Program-made: the position numbers and the translations under genes
Shown here: in pieces, positions 61,909 to 64,000 of the stretch
Position numbering within the stretch: position 1 is the first letter of the stretch
Layout of the letters: every line of letters begins with the position of its first letter
Assembly: GCA_965224085.1 (NCBI GenBank)
Contig: CBDCYI010000009.1
Span: forward strand, 544,001-608,000
DNA length: 64,000 nucleotides
Direction: 5' to 3'
DNA from: Candidatus Marinacidobacterales bacterium
GTDB taxonomy: Bacteria; Acidobacteriota; Vicinamibacteria; Marinacidobacterales; SMYC01
Notes under the pieces: model-generated
What the model saw: only the letters and a program-made list of their open reading frames with translations
Database searches by the model: none
Told to the model about the DNA's origin: nothing

Positions 61909-64000
61909 TCAGGGACCCACCCCTTTGAGGTAACGGTCTAAATACTCCACGAGCTTCTTGAACGCAAATCGCGTCTGGTACAGATTCTCGCGATCCCACG
62001 CGTGGCGCGACGAGGGGAGCGTGACGAGGTCCACGTTCTTCCCGAGCTCCATTAGACGCTCGACGAGCGCGAGCGAGTCTTTGTAGAGCACGATGCGATC
62101 GCGCATACCGTGAATGATGAGCAGCGGATCGCTGAGCCCCGCGGCATGAGAGAAAGCCGACGCGTTCTCGTAGGCGGCGGGCTCGTCCCAAGGCGACATC
62201 ATCACGCGCATCTCACCGGTCAGGGCGTGAAAGACGTTCGTCGCGGGCGCTCCTGCAACACCCGCTTTGTAGATCCCGGGCTTCTTGAAGAGCGACATGC
62301 AAGTCAGAAGCCCGCCATAGCTCGAGCCCCAGATACCCACGCGAGACGTGTCGGCATAGTCGAGCGTCTCGAGATATTTCACGCCGCTATGGAGGTCTTC
62401 GACGTCGATGCCGCCGTAATCCAAGCGGATCCCGCGGCGGAGCTCGCGCCCGTGTCCCCAGCTTCCGCGGATGTCGACGACGAAGAGGATGTAGCCTTGC
62501 TGCAAGAGATATTGCTCGAGGCCCCAGAGCGGGTGGGCGTTGCGCCCGCCCCATTGATTGCGCACGGTGTTGGAATAGACCGAGCCGACAATCACCGGAT
62601 ATTTTCGGCGCTCGGAAAGCTCTGGGGGCAGCAACATCCGCCCGTGAAGCGTGATGCCGTCCACGTGAGACGGGAACGAGACGTATTGCGCAGGCACCCA
62701 AGCGTGCTCGTAGAACTCCGGCCGGGGCGATTGGGTCAAACGGTGCTCGCCCGCGTCGGAGACTAGAAAGAGCTCGGGTGGCATTCGATCGCTCGAGAAC
62801 ATGTCCGCGGCGAAGCGCCCATCCGGAGAGATGACGAGGTCGTGCGTCCCGGCGCGCTCGGTAAGCTGCTCGGGCTCGCCGCCTTCGAGACCGATGCGAA
62901 AGAGCTGGCGGTCTTCCGGTCTCGGAACGTTGGCGACGTAATGGATCGCATCCTTATTGACGGTGAAGTGGGCGACGGCGAAATCGCCGCTCGTGATGCG
63001 TCGCGGCTCGCCGCCGCCATCCGACACCGCCAGGTAGTAGATGTGATAGTCGTCGTCGCGATCCGAAAGAAAGTAGATCCCGCGGCCGTCGGGGCCCCAC
63101 TCGGCTTGCCAATAGGCGGTCACGTTGAGCGCGTCATTCTCGCGATAGAGCTCGCTCACGCTACCGCCGCCCCCGTCGACCAACAGGATGCGACGGGACT
63201 TGACGTAGAGGTCGGATCGATCGACGAGCAAGCGTCTTCCATCCGGCGACCACCGATAGCTAAAGATGGACTCCGTCGGTTTGGCTTCGAGATCGATCCA
63301 TGCGACGGAAGCGTCCGCGACGGTGATGACACCGAGCCGCAAACTTCGCGGCTCTTCGCCGGGAAAGGGCCGCCGCACCGACGCCATCTCGACATTCGTC
63401 GACAGGTAGTTCGGAATGCCGCGAAGCGGTACACGGCGCTCGTCGCTCTCGAGAACAGCGATGTGGCGACCATCGGGCGACCATCGATAGCTGACGACGC
63501 GCAATTCGGCGCGCGCGTCGCCGAGGAGGCGCCTAGGCTCGCCAGGGGGCTGAAGCACCCAGAGATCGCCATCGCGCAGAAAAGCCAGATCTCCGGACGA
63601 CGCGTACGACGCGGCTGTCGCGCCGCCATCGGCGAGGACCTCGGGGGCATCTCCCACACGGAGAGAGTCGAGCGTAGCTTCGAGCTCGAAGACGATCCGC
63701 TCGCCATCGGGGTGCCAGACGACGTCGACGACGCCGCGATCTCCTTCTGCTTCGGAAGCGTAGTTGGTGACGCGCACAGGCGCGACAGGCTCTAGCGCGA
63801 GATCGACGATCCAGACGTCGCGCGCCGGATAGCCCCGGTCGTTCCAGAGAAAGGCGAGCTTGCCGCTGTCTCCGGACCAAGCCGGGCGCGTGGGCGCGGT
63901 GCCGATGAGCGACGGTAGCGAGTAGAGTCCGTCGAGGCTCAGCTGAGCTTCCGAGAGGCAGGGAAGCAGAAAGGAAATGGCGAGCAGGTAGCGTAGTATC
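61909..64000 (-). CDS. S9 (DPP IV-like) peptidase; start lies at or beyond the window edge
   Basis: GSSYGG, HGMRD, H triad; WSPDG propeller; frame open to the edge with a signal-like segment. Confidence 0.92.
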   Translation of the reverse strand, partial: ILRYLLAISFLLPCLSEAQLSLDGLYSLPSLIGTAPTRPAWSGDSGKLAFLWNDRGYPARDVWIVDLALEPVAPVRVTNYASEAEGDRGVVDVVWHPDGERIVFELEATLDSLRVGDAPEVLADGGATAASYASSGDLAFLRDGDLWVLQPPGEPRRLLGDARAELRVVSYRWSPDGRHIAVLESDERRVPLRGIPNYLSTNVEMASVRRPFPGEEPRSLRLGVITVADASVAWIDLEAKPTESIFSYRWSPDGRRLLVDRSDLYVKSRRILLVDGGGGSVSELYRENDALNVTAYWQAEWGPDGRGIYFLSDRDDDYHIYYLAVSDGGGEPRRITSGDFAVAHFTVNKDAIHYVANVPRPEDRQLFRIGLEGGEPEQLTERAGTHDLVISPDGRFAADMFSSDRMPPELFLVSDAGEHRLTQSPRPEFYEHAWVPAQYVSFPSHVDGITLHGRMLLPPELSERRKYPVIVGSVYSNTVRNQWGGRNAHPLWGLEQYLLQQGYILFVVDIRGSWGHGRELRRGIRLDYGGIDVEDLHSGVKYLETLDYADTSRVGIWGSSYGGLLTCMSLFKKPGIYKAGVAGAPATNVFHALTGEMRVMMSPWDEPAAYENASAFSHAAGLSDPLLIIHGMRDRIVLYKDSLALVERLMELGKNVDLVTLPSSRHAWDRENLYQTRFAFKKLVEYLDRYLKGVGP

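Noticed and set aside
1-64000. tRNA, rRNA or riboswitch genes
   Set aside because: No convincing cloverleaf, rRNA or known aptamer motif seen by eye; a covariance search was not possible.

Overview
The window has two very different halves. About 1-41.9 kb is a heavily rearranged accessory region. It holds intact IS elements (2x ISNCY-type, 2x IS110), IS6/IS5/IS256/ISL3 pieces, about 35 isolated ends of rve/IS481-like elements, several miniature elements and remnants of a defence island (type I R-M, an Hna-like helicase-nuclease, PIN-like and PD-(D/E)XK-like genes, a DUF499 fragment). A few intact cargo genes survive there (1-Cys peroxiredoxin, IorA-like, BCCT transporter, LysR, TonB-dependent receptor), and one stretch (9.5-10.3 kb) looks like an assembly artefact. 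About 41.9-64 kb is an orderly high-GC region with a Na+/solute symporter, modBC, a complete quinohemoprotein amine dehydrogenase cluster (qhpG-A-D-C-B-F-E), a group II intron 3' remnant, YqgE, a GMC oxidoreductase with a Tat subunit, LtrA and an S9 peptidase. The strongest hidden signal is that both IS110 elements carry 5' non-coding segments whose short motifs match their own reconstructed insertion sites, as expected of bridge-RNA guides. For the first element the target resembles an IS6 terminal repeat. All product calls come from motif recognition by eye; no database searches were run.
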